Positions 1-8,932 of a DNA stretch of 64,000 bases are shown here, piece by piece; the first letter of the stretch is position 1, and each line of letters starts with the position of its first letter. The stretch comes from Prevotella sp. (lineage in GTDB: Bacteria; Bacteroidota; Bacteroidia; Bacteroidales; Bacteroidaceae). The DNA is taken from the NCBI GenBank assembly GCA_017444365.1, contig JAFSWU010000005.1, positions 2,500 through 66,499 of the forward strand. Direction: 5' to 3'. The position numbers and the translations under genes were made by a program. Under the pieces are notes generated by a model. The model did not search any database and was not told the origin of the DNA. It saw nothing but the letters and a program-made list of their open reading frames with translations.

Positions 1-600
1 ATTATCTATCTCTGTGTTCAGGTAGGTCTGTATGCCCAACGAGGCGGCAGCTTGAATGTTTTCGCGGTTGTCATCAATGAAAAGTGTTTCCTCTGCGCGC
101 AGCCCTGCCTGGCGTAGCACCTCCTCAAAGATGTGTACATCGGGCTTACTCAGGTGCATGCGGTAGGAAAGGAACACGCGGTCGAAATAAGCACCACATT
201 CCTCATTCCACATTCCACATTCCTCATTCCCCAGCAACTCCTTGGTATATTGCCAGTGCATGTCGTTGGTATTGCTGAGCAGATAGACCTTGTACCCGGC
301 GCGGCGCAAAGCCTTCAGCCGTTGTTTACGCTCGTCGGTAATCTCCGTGAGCAGTTGATTCCATGCGCCAATAATCTCGCTGTCTGCTGCCGTGCAACCG
401 GTCATGCGACGTACCTCGGCACAGAACCCTTCCGTGTCAATCGTACCTTCCTCGATGTCGAGGAAAAGATCGGCGGTGAGGCGCAGGCGTACATACTCAG
501 CCACTCGCTCGCACCCGATGGCATTGAATGCATCGATGCAACGCAGTCCGTCTAATCCCACCAGTACACCGCCAAGGTCAAATATTATATTCTTCATCAT
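1..600 (-). CDS. HAD-family phosphatase (YihX-like), 3' end outside the window
   Basis: Not in the ORF track. Hand translation from ATG 600 gives MMKNIIFDLGGVL (motif I), VYLLSNTN (II), SKPD (III) and LFIDDNRENI (IV); the frame is open to base 1. Confidence 0.9.
   Translation of the reverse strand, partial: MMKNIIFDLGGVLVGLDGLRCIDAFNAIGCERVAEYVRLRLTADLFLDIEEGTIDTEGFCAEVRRMTGCTAADSEIIGAWNQLLTEITDERKQRLKALRRAGYKVYLLSNTNDMHWQYTKELLGNEECGMWNEECGAYFDRVFLSYRMHLSKPDVHIFEEVLRQAGLRAEETLFIDDNRENIQAAASLGIQTYLNTEIDN
196..230 (-). repeat. Five GGAATG[A/T] heptamers inside the HAD gene
   Basis: Minus strand reads ggaatga ggaatgt ggaatgt ggaatga ggaatgt, translated as GNEECGMWNEECG. Confidence 0.9.
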
Positions 601-635
601 TACTTCTTACTTCTTACCTCTTACTTCTTACCTTC
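601..635 (-). repeat. A[A/G]GTAAG heptamer array at the ATPase/HAD junction
   Basis: aggtaag aagtaag aggtaag aagtaag aagtaatg; it supplies the ATPase stop codon and abuts the HAD start. Confidence 0.85.
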
Positions 636-3274
636 CTATATACCTCCGGTATCCACAGGACGAGTGATGTGGTTCCGATGATGACAGCCCACTCCTGCCA
701 CGACAGCGGAACGGTGCGGAACATGCGTCCTCCATACTGCACGATAAGAATCTGCCCTAAGAGGATGAGCACCAGTACCAATACCATGCCACGATTCCAG
801 AAGAAGTGGCGCAATGCCGGATGACGGGAGCCCAGAGCTTTTGCATTGAAGAGATTCCAGAACTGCAACATCACAAACGTGGTGAAGAACCATGTGAGCT
901 CACGTATGTCGATGCCTCCTGTACGATGAAACTCACAATAGAGCAGGAAGACAAACATCACCACAAAGAACAGGAAACCCGTCAGCAAGATCTGCACACC
1001 CATCCTGCGGGGGATGATAAAGGCAGAGCGGGAACGAGGCGGCTCGTTCATCACATCACGCGACGGCACTAACGAAGCCAAAGCCAATGCTGCAAAGGTA
1101 TCCATGATGAGGTTCACCCACAGTATCTGCGTCACCGTGAGCGGCATCTCGGTATCCACAAAGGCCCCGACGAGTACCAGCAGCAATGCCGTGACGTTGA
1201 CCACCAACTGGAAATAAAGGAAACGCTGCAGGTTCTTATAGAGCGACCGTCCCCACATCACCGCACGTGACAAGGAACGGAAAGAGTCATCGAGCAAGGT
1301 CATGTCGCTGGCTTCCTTCGCCACATTGGTGCCCGAGCCCAGCGACAGTCCTACATGGGCATGGTTCAGAGCCGGTGCATCGTTGGTACCGTCACCGGTG
1401 ACGGCCACAACCTCGTTCATGCGCTGCAACAGCTCCACCATACGCTGTTTGTCGGAAGGACGGGCACGGGAGAGTACCTTCAGGTTTTTCAGTACTGTCA
1501 TGGCCTCTTCATCGGAGAGTGCTGCGAACTCTGGACCTGTTAACGACACCACCACAGTCCCCTTCTCCTCAGAGGGGACATGAGTAGAAGGAACAATCCC
1601 AATCTGTCGGGCAATCTCCAAGGTCGTTGCTGCCGTGTCGCCCGTCACAATCTTCACTTCGATGCCGGCCTTGCGGCACTCTTCCACGGCAGCAGACACC
1701 TCGGGGCGAACCGGGTCGCTGATGGCAACAACCGCCTGGAACACGAAGTCGGACATCTGTTCTTTCTCCCCTGCAGGTTCTGTAAGAGAGGACTCCTTGA
1801 CTGCAAACGCCAGGGTGCGCATGGCATGTTGCTGATAGGAGAGCAGATGTGCCTCGATGTCCTGACGCTCGGCAGCTGTCAACTGGCATGTAGCAAGCAC
1901 CACCTCGGGCGCTCCTTTCAACAAGGTATAGACTCGTCCGCCGGTTTTGACCGTTGTCTTCATGTATTTGCGCTCAGTAGAGAACGGCTCTTGCGACAGC
2001 ATCTCAGCCTCTTGACGCCAAGTGCGATAGTCAACACTCTGCTGCTGAAGATAACGCAGCAGAGCAACCTCTGTCGGATTGCCGATGCCCTGGTCGCCAT
2101 TCAACTCCGCAGTGCTATTCACCGCCATGGCTAAAAACAACAGCTGATTGCCTTCCTCATTTCTCATTCCACCTTCCACATTCCTCATTCCACCTTCCGT
2201 CAGCACTTCCTGCACCGACATTCGGTTCTGCGTGAGCGTGCCGGTCTTATCAGTACAGATAACGGTGACGGCTCCCATCGTTTCGCAGGCATGGAGACGG
2301 CGTACCAGGTTGTTGCTCTTGAGCATGCGCCGCATGTTGAGTGCCAATGCCAGCGTAATGGCCATGGGGAGCCCCTCGGGGACTGCCATCACAATGAGCG
2401 TGACAGCCATCATAAAGTACTTGAGCACCACCTCGGACATGCCCACATAGTCGGTGCTATGCCAAAGGGTGGTATTGACGAGAATGTCGTGAACAAGGAA
2501 GACAAGGAATGCCGCAATGGAAATCGCACTGCCAACCTTGCTGATGAGCGAGGCAAGATGGTCGAGTTGCTGGCTGAGCGGTGTCTTCACGGTAGAGAAC
2601 TCGGAAGACTGGCGTGCCACCTTACCTATCTCGGTCTGGTCGCCCACAGCGATGACTACTGCCTCGGCACGGCCACTCATCACCAGCGACGAGCGCAACA
2701 ACTGCCATGAAGGGTAAGCGGAAGTGTCGGCAGATGAAGGATGAGAGATGGGAGATGAGAGGTTTTTTTCCGTCACAGGCTCGCCCGTGAGTGCGGACTC
2801 ATCGACCTGAAGGTTGAGCGAATGGATCAGGCGTGCATCGGCTGGAACCTCGTCACCGGGCTCCAACAGAATGACATCGCCCACCACAACATCACGACGA
2901 GGAACCAGCATCACCTTGCCGTCACGACGCACCTTCACAGGCTGCTCTTCGTCAAGAGCAGTCAGCAAAGAGAATCGGCGTGCGGCATCACGCTCGAAAT
3001 AGAAGCCGACCGTGGTGGCAAAGAAGATGGCAAGGATAATACCCAATGTCTCAACAAAGTCGTTCTTGAAAAAAGACAGAACAAGCGAGACGGCTGCCGC
3101 AAACAGCAACACCTGAATAATTGGGTCGCGGTATTTGTCGATATAAAGACGCCACAGCGATACAGAAGGCGGAGGAGTGAGCATGTTATCACCATGCTCA
3201 CGGCGACTCTGCTCAACCTGCGCGGCTGTGAGACCGGCTGAAACAGCGTCTTCATGAAAAGAATTTGCACTCAT
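614..3274 (-). CDS. Calcium-translocating P-type ATPase (PMCA/type II)
   Basis: DESALTGE, PEGLP, DKTGTLT phosphorylation site, KGAPE, TGDGTND, ILWVNLIMDT. Confidence 0.93.
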   Translation of the reverse strand: MSANSFHEDAVSAGLTAAQVEQSRREHGDNMLTPPPSVSLWRLYIDKYRDPIIQVLLFAAAVSLVLSFFKNDFVETLGIILAIFFATTVGFYFERDAARRFSLLTALDEEQPVKVRRDGKVMLVPRRDVVVGDVILLEPGDEVPADARLIHSLNLQVDESALTGEPVTEKNLSSPISHPSSADTSAYPSWQLLRSSLVMSGRAEAVVIAVGDQTEIGKVARQSSEFSTVKTPLSQQLDHLASLISKVGSAISIAAFLVFLVHDILVNTTLWHSTDYVGMSEVVLKYFMMAVTLIVMAVPEGLPMAITLALALNMRRMLKSNNLVRRLHACETMGAVTVICTDKTGTLTQNRMSVQEVLTEGGMRNVEGGMRNEEGNQLLFLAMAVNSTAELNGDQGIGNPTEVALLRYLQQQSVDYRTWRQEAEMLSQEPFSTERKYMKTTVKTGGRVYTLLKGAPEVVLATCQLTAAERQDIEAHLLSYQQHAMRTLAFAVKESSLTEPAGEKEQMSDFVFQAVVAISDPVRPEVSAAVEECRKAGIEVKIVTGDTAATTLEIARQIGIVPSTHVPSEEKGTVVVSLTGPEFAALSDEEAMTVLKNLKVLSRARPSDKQRMVELLQRMNEVVAVTGDGTNDAPALNHAHVGLSLGSGTNVAKEASDMTLLDDSFRSLSRAVMWGRSLYKNLQRFLYFQLVVNVTALLLVLVGAFVDTEMPLTVTQILWVNLIMDTFAALALASLVPSRDVMNEPPRSRSAFIIPRRMGVQILLTGFLFFVVMFVFLLYCEFHRTGGIDIRELTWFFTTFVMLQFWNLFNAKALGSRHPALRHFFWNRGMVLVLVLILLGQILIVQYGGRMFRTVPLSWQEWAVIIGTTSLVLWIPEVYRKVRSKR
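2150..2198 (-). repeat. Seven GGAA[T/G]GN-type heptamers inside the ATPase
   Basis: ggaaggt ggaatga ggaatgt ggaaggt ggaatga gaaatga ggaaggc, translated as EGGMRNVEGGMRNEEG. Confidence 0.9.
2732..2759 (+). repeat. Four degenerate heptamers inside the ATPase (opposite orientation)
   Basis: agatgaa ggatgag agatggg agatgag, which encodes LSSPISHPSS on the minus strand. Confidence 0.7.
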
Positions 3275-3293
3275 AACCTGATGATTATGAGTG

Positions 3294-3325
3294 CAAAGTT
3301 AGTGTAATTCGGGCAATATTGCAAG
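3294..3325 (-). promoter_or_regulatory. Bacteroidota sigma-A promoter for the ATPase
   Basis: Minus strand TTG...TAACTTTG, about 20 nt upstream of the ATG. Confidence 0.7.
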
Positions 3326-3356
3326 TTTTACTTCGCTTTTACCCTTGTTGGAAATA

Positions 3357-6300
3357 CTATTTAACGATTTTCATACTACGCACCCGACCGTTGGAAAGCA
3401 CTTCACGACGGATATAAATACCTCTGCTGACAGGCGGCTGGGGACCTAAGTAAACGCCTCCGATGGTATAATAATCGGTACGCAGTGCCACTGACTCGGT
3501 GTCGGGGGTGCTGTTAATGTTGGTGATGATTTCAATGACATTCTCAACCTTCACAGGCTCAATACCCTCACGGGTCGGGGTGACACGGTTGATGCGTCCA
3601 TCCTCGGCGAAGGTCATCTTGTCCACACAAACCTCGCGGTGGTAGCCAGGGCCATCACCGAGATACGCCTTGTTGATGCGATGATAGACGATGTACCAAT
3701 CATCGGTTCCAGGCACATTGATGATGGAGTTGTGGCCCGTGCCATAGATCTTCTTTGAGGGATCCTGGATGATAACGATGGGATCGGCAGCTACCTTGAT
3801 GGGGCCGGTGGGCGATGTGCTCGTTCCGTATGCCACGTGGTAATTGGTAGAACCCGTATCATCGACACTCCAGAGGAAGTAATAAATGCCGTTGCGGTAG
3901 AACACATAGGCTCCCTCGCGGAAGCGGTAGTCTTCATTGGTACCACCGGTAGGTGTAATGACGTATTCATCGCCTTTGACACCCATCATGTCATCCGACA
4001 GCAGACGATAGCACAGCTGACCGTTACCATAATAGAGATAGGTCTGACCGGAAACCGGGTCGGTGAAGACATCGGAGTCAATCATCTGACCAGCAGCGGA
4101 ACTGGTAAAGAGGGGCGAGCTTGCTGCACGGAATGGACCAATGGGAGTCTCGGCAACCGCCACGCCCAGGGTTTTCCTGCTCATCGAGCGGTTATTGCCA
4201 CTGAAGAAGTAGTAGTAGCGCCACTTACCCTCAACCCACTTTTCCTCAATGCAGGGTGCCCAGGCATTGCCTGTTGACCAGGCAACATCCTTGTTGGTCT
4301 GCAAGTTGAGAATCGTTCCCTCGTTGGTGAAGTGCAACAGGTCTGGACTGGAGAACACATCGAAGGAATAGCCTCCCCAACCCTCATAGCCGTCGGAGGT
4401 GGGATAGACATAGAAACGGCCGGTCTTCTTGGAGAAGAGCACTTCGGGGTCGGCGTGGAAACCGGGGATCACGGGGTTGCCCTCGACGGCTACCGACACC
4501 TGGTAAACGGTCTTCTTTTCACCACAGCTGACGGTATAGGCAACGGGACCTACAGAGAAGTTCTGTTCCCCTGTGGGGGTGATGGTGCAACCAAGACCCG
4601 GCACTAAGCAGGGATCGAAGGACGTGATATCTACCCCCGGCTCTACAGGCAGGAAGATGGTGTTGGAGGTCGTTTCGACATTTGTGGTCTTCGTGTGGTT
4701 GTTTTCACAGCCCACAATCGTGGGAGTAAGCCCGCTGATGGGCAGTTTCTCAAGCAGGTAGGCTTCCTCTTCTGCGGTAATGGGGATAACCGTGCCATGA
4801 CGCGGGGTAAAGGCACCAGTGGTTGCCGTATTCTGAACGAAAGTGAACTTGGAAAGGTCGGGGCTGGAGCAGAACTGATAATGCTTGTTGCTGTAGCAGT
4901 CGTACATCAGAATCCAACTGTCTCGGTTGATGAGCTTGAACACGCCAGCACCCTCTACATTCTCAGTGGTCTGCTGCAACGTGCGGGTAGGCTCTGACCA
5001 CTGTGAGCCGGCAGGCTGTCCGGGTTCTGCCGTCAGGCGCTTGGCTGTCACCTTACAGATACCGCCCTCGCCCTCGTTCTTGTAGAAGCCGTGATAGAGT
5101 CCGTCGCTCTCATTATAGACGATGTCCATGTCGATGGTGGCAGAGCCTCGGTCGTAGAAAAACACTGGCTCGCCCTCAAGGTCGGTGAAGTCCTCGTTGG
5201 CATAGCAATAGTAGTCCTTGTCGAAGGGTGCCGTGCCATCGGTGGTACGGATGGAGAAATAGACCATGTACTTGCCTGCATCGGGGTCGTAGATGGTCTC
5301 GGGGGCCCACACGCGATCTACATTGGCAAAGGTGGTACGAGCGAAACGGTCGGGGAAGTGAACCGTGGAGTGAGTCCAGTTGACCAGGTCGCGAGAGCGT
5401 GAGAGCACGATGCCACGGTTGCTCTCCCAACCCAAGGAGCACTTCATGTCGGTATTGACCATATAGAACCAGCCGTCGTTGCCACGCAGGATATGCGGGT
5501 CGCGCAAACCTCCCATGATGGTAGTGGTGTCGGCCTTGAAGAAAGACTGACCATTATTGATGGGGGTATAGTTATATCCGTCTGTAGAAAGAGCGTAGTA
5601 GAGATTCTCGTCGGCATTGGAGGGGAAATAGACAAAGAGATAGCTCTTGTAATTCTCTTTCGGATGGATATAGACATCAAAGACACGGGTGGCCTTGGCC
5701 TGTCCCTTGATGACCGTTGCGGTCATGGTGAGATGGTGCTTCTCGGCACCTTCCTCGGGTTGGCGAAGTACACGTCCCGCATGGGTGAGCCACTCCGTAT
5801 CGCTCGACTCCCAAAGAATGGCTGAGCCCTCACTACCTACAGTGGGCAAAGTGATGTTGGTGTAGAGATTGTTGAGATGGCCATCCTTGAATGTGATATT
5901 GGACAAATCGAGCTCAACACACTCTTCGTCAGCAATCTCGGGGAGCACACCTACAGGGAATTCCAACACCTCATAGAGGAACTCACCATTATACTCAGCT
6001 CTAAGGGTGGCCGTAAGCGTGGCGGTGGCAATGGGATAGCCCGCAGCCGGACGCGTGATATGACCACGCTCGGTAATGACATTGGGATTGCTGGTGGCCC
6101 AGGTGATTCTCATGTCACCATAGCGGGTGGGGAGCTCGATGTCGTTCTTCAAAGCCGTCCAGTCGCCAGGATAATATTCCCGCATCTGCTTACGGAGCGC
6201 AAGTGAGTCGGCATAGACATTCAGGTCCTTGGCCAGCTGTTGTAGCTCGGCGAGTTTGGTATAACGATAGTTGTGAATCTGGAAATCTGCAATCTGACAA

Positions 6301-6911
6301 CCTTTCAGGAACGCGTCGCCTTCATAGCAGCTACGCCCCAGATAGTTCTGCAACGTCGTTCCAATGGCATTTGGCAAAATGTTGACAGATCCGGATGTAG
6401 CAGTACCATTGATATAAAGGGCTCCCGTATTGCGGCGCTGGGCATAGACGATTGAGTTCCAATGCCCGGGCACAAGTGCCTGTTTGGAGGTAATGGAGGC
6501 CTCGCCCGTATAATCAGATTGAGAGATGGCAAAGCGGACATCCTTGGCACTGACGAATTGATAGCCTTCGGAAGAAGACTTGGCAAAGCACCATACAAAA
6601 TTCCCGTTTCGCGACAGGTCGGCATTTTCGGGAATGAACACGGTGGCAGAAATGAGATAGTTCTCACCCATTCCACCAATGATTTCACCGATAGCACTGT
6701 CAAACTCAAAATAGCCATTGTCCGTTCCAAGATCCAGTACATGGGTGTTGGAATAAGGCACAATGGCAGCTCCCGAATGAAGCGTTCCGGAATAGATGCC
6801 ACTCACATCGGACGTGCTTTCAAAATTATAGACAATGTCCACATTGTCAGCCCATGACAACATCACAGAAAGTGTGACAGTGCATAGAAGGGAAATATAT
6901 CTTTTCATCAT
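3357..6911 (-). CDS. Secreted multimodular glycoside hydrolase: LamG-like domain, two Ig-like repeats, two GH43 modules, T9SS-like tail
   Basis: GLRDPHILRG/WAPE and FHADPEV/WAPCI/IDSDVF/FREG GH43 motifs; LPT..G..ITW.SS Ig repeats. The signal peptide after MMKRYI favours this start over 6971, which lies inside a terminator hairpin. Confidence 0.88.
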   Translation of the reverse strand: MMKRYISLLCTVTLSVMLSWADNVDIVYNFESTSDVSGIYSGTLHSGAAIVPYSNTHVLDLGTDNGYFEFDSAIGEIIGGMGENYLISATVFIPENADLSRNGNFVWCFAKSSSEGYQFVSAKDVRFAISQSDYTGEASITSKQALVPGHWNSIVYAQRRNTGALYINGTATSGSVNILPNAIGTTLQNYLGRSCYEGDAFLKGCQIADFQIHNYRYTKLAELQQLAKDLNVYADSLALRKQMREYYPGDWTALKNDIELPTRYGDMRITWATSNPNVITERGHITRPAAGYPIATATLTATLRAEYNGEFLYEVLEFPVGVLPEIADEECVELDLSNITFKDGHLNNLYTNITLPTVGSEGSAILWESSDTEWLTHAGRVLRQPEEGAEKHHLTMTATVIKGQAKATRVFDVYIHPKENYKSYLFVYFPSNADENLYYALSTDGYNYTPINNGQSFFKADTTTIMGGLRDPHILRGNDGWFYMVNTDMKCSLGWESNRGIVLSRSRDLVNWTHSTVHFPDRFARTTFANVDRVWAPETIYDPDAGKYMVYFSIRTTDGTAPFDKDYYCYANEDFTDLEGEPVFFYDRGSATIDMDIVYNESDGLYHGFYKNEGEGGICKVTAKRLTAEPGQPAGSQWSEPTRTLQQTTENVEGAGVFKLINRDSWILMYDCYSNKHYQFCSSPDLSKFTFVQNTATTGAFTPRHGTVIPITAEEEAYLLEKLPISGLTPTIVGCENNHTKTTNVETTSNTIFLPVEPGVDITSFDPCLVPGLGCTITPTGEQNFSVGPVAYTVSCGEKKTVYQVSVAVEGNPVIPGFHADPEVLFSKKTGRFYVYPTSDGYEGWGGYSFDVFSSPDLLHFTNEGTILNLQTNKDVAWSTGNAWAPCIEEKWVEGKWRYYYFFSGNNRSMSRKTLGVAVAETPIGPFRAASSPLFTSSAAGQMIDSDVFTDPVSGQTYLYYGNGQLCYRLLSDDMMGVKGDEYVITPTGGTNEDYRFREGAYVFYRNGIYYFLWSVDDTGSTNYHVAYGTSTSPTGPIKVAADPIVIIQDPSKKIYGTGHNSIINVPGTDDWYIVYHRINKAYLGDGPGYHREVCVDKMTFAEDGRINRVTPTREGIEPVKVENVIEIITNINSTPDTESVALRTDYYTIGGVYLGPQPPVSRGIYIRREVLSNGRVRSMKIVK

Positions 6912-6931
6912 ATTAGTCATTTTAATAACTG

Positions 6932-6971
6932 AAAATTGGGGATGCTCAGGCAGATACCAGAGCATCCCCAA
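6932..6971 (-). terminator. Intrinsic terminator after susD
   Basis: ttggggatgct...agcatccccaa stem followed by tttt on the minus strand. Confidence 0.7.
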
Positions 6972-6996
6972 TCAGGATATTACTTAAACAGTGTGA

Positions 6997-8919
6997 TTAT
7001 TTGCTAAAAGGCAAGTACCACCAGCTGTCATCAGCAGGAAGACCGGCTTTCTTGGCTTTGAGCTTCTCAACCAACCAACGATAGCCCCATTCAGAAGAGT
7101 AGAGTGTGGTACCATCCAGCATGGGCTGGTTCTTGTGACGGGCCAGACGGGTGAGGTCATTGAAACGTGTTCCCTCGAAGGCAAGCTCCAATGCGAACTC
7201 ATCACAAATAAGGTCCTCAACAGCGTTGATGGTATCATTGATTGTTCCGGTGGGAGCAATGCCATAGACACTCTGCAGTTCCTTAATCTTACCACCGACG
7301 ATGGAATCCATCACGTAAGGCTCGACAGAACCCGACAGATAGCCTTCAGCCTTCTTACCGACATCACCGCTACCACGGCCATGGATACCATAGTTGTTAG
7401 AGAATGTGCTACGATAAACGTCAAGCAGGATGGGCACGTAATTTCCGAGGAACAGTTCGCGACGTGTTGACTCCTTCACATAGGTACAACGCTTGAGGGA
7501 GGTAACAGTGGTGTCGAGATCAGCCACGTTCAGACCATCACGGAGAATGGCGAATGCTGCATCAGGATAGCCCATGCGGTTGATGGCTTCAGCCAGACGG
7601 AGCCATACCGTAGAAGAACGGTAGATATTGACGTTGGCAGCCATATACTTACGAATCATCGGGAACTCGTTGCGCGTGGTTGTAGATTTGGTGTTGTTCA
7701 CCGTCACATAACGGCGGAGGTCACCCACGTCGGCAACAATGGTCTTGTTGGTGGAAGAAGACTTGAAGTAGAGCAGCTGATTGTCGCAGAGGTCAAGATA
7801 AGCCTGAGACGGATCTATCTCGCGCTCTTCCAAGAACTGGTCGGAACCAATGGATGTGTTAACTGTATCTTCGTTGAAGGTAGAGGTGTAGTAGTCGAAA
7901 CCGAAGAGAGCGGGCAACTGAGAAGTTGTACCCAGCAGGCGGTTACCGGCTGCTGCCACATAAGTGATGTTGTCACCAGCTGTTCCGGAAGTCGTCACAG
8001 TATAAGCACTGCTCAGCCAGAAGTTCCAGTTCCAACCGCTACCATTGGGAAAATAGCCATTGCCGAAGTTAGGAATCTCACGAACCTTCTCATCGGGCAA
8101 TACGCTGGTCGATACGCCACAGTCTTCTGCACGAAGGTTGTTTCTGTAGATGTACTTGAAATAAGCATCGGCAGCTTTCTCATACTGTCCTGTCTCCAGA
8201 TACATGTCACCCAGCACCAGATTGACGGGGAACATCAGTCGGCGTGAGGTAATACCCTTCACACCACCGAAAGTGAGCTGACCACCATTGATATCGGTGT
8301 CGCCATTGCGATAGTTAGGCACGGCTGCATCACGATAGTGAATCAGGTCAGACTCCAGACGAGGAAGGATCTCTTCGAGTGTCATCCAGTTTTCCGGCAG
8401 TTTGTACTCGTTGGCATTAGCCTGAGAGATGCTGGTAATCGGCTCAGTAACGAATGGCACTTTGCCATAGGTCTTGCAGAGCTGCATATAAGCCCATGCA
8501 CGGATGGCGTGAGCCTGGGCAATCTCAGGAATGGACACCTTATATCCCTGCGTCGTGAGCGTTGAGTCACGATGCAGGATATAATAGTTACAGTTGTTAA
8601 TGATACGATAGTACAGATAGGCAGAGTCATACTTGTTGGTGATGTCTGCGGTGAAGTTAGCCAGGGCCTTCAAGTCCGACTGGGTATTCTCATTCACCTG
8701 TGTCAGGTCACCACGCATCTCGTTGACCAGCACATACTGGTCAGCAACCTGCTGGACTGCCTTGAGAATACCGAGCGTGTAGAACATGGAGTCGGTCTTC
8801 TCGCTGAGCGCCGGGTCATAGGCCAGTCGGTTTGAGTCTGTATCAAGCAAGTCTTGACAAGAGGTCAGGCCAAAGGAAAGACCGAAAAGCGCGACAAATA
8901 TTAATAGGTTCTTTTTCAT
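6997..8919 (-). CDS. SusD/RagB-family lipoprotein
   Basis: Lipobox LTSC; AQAHAIRAWAYMQL; RSSTVWLRLAEA; ELAFEGTRFNDLTR; directly downstream of susC. Confidence 0.93.
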   Translation of the reverse strand: MKKNLLIFVALFGLSFGLTSCQDLLDTDSNRLAYDPALSEKTDSMFYTLGILKAVQQVADQYVLVNEMRGDLTQVNENTQSDLKALANFTADITNKYDSAYLYYRIINNCNYYILHRDSTLTTQGYKVSIPEIAQAHAIRAWAYMQLCKTYGKVPFVTEPITSISQANANEYKLPENWMTLEEILPRLESDLIHYRDAAVPNYRNGDTDINGGQLTFGGVKGITSRRLMFPVNLVLGDMYLETGQYEKAADAYFKYIYRNNLRAEDCGVSTSVLPDEKVREIPNFGNGYFPNGSGWNWNFWLSSAYTVTTSGTAGDNITYVAAAGNRLLGTTSQLPALFGFDYYTSTFNEDTVNTSIGSDQFLEEREIDPSQAYLDLCDNQLLYFKSSSTNKTIVADVGDLRRYVTVNNTKSTTTRNEFPMIRKYMAANVNIYRSSTVWLRLAEAINRMGYPDAAFAILRDGLNVADLDTTVTSLKRCTYVKESTRRELFLGNYVPILLDVYRSTFSNNYGIHGRGSGDVGKKAEGYLSGSVEPYVMDSIVGGKIKELQSVYGIAPTGTINDTINAVEDLICDEFALELAFEGTRFNDLTRLARHKNQPMLDGTTLYSSEWGYRWLVEKLKAKKAGLPADDSWWYLPFSK

Positions 8920-8932
8920 CGTTGTCAGTTCT

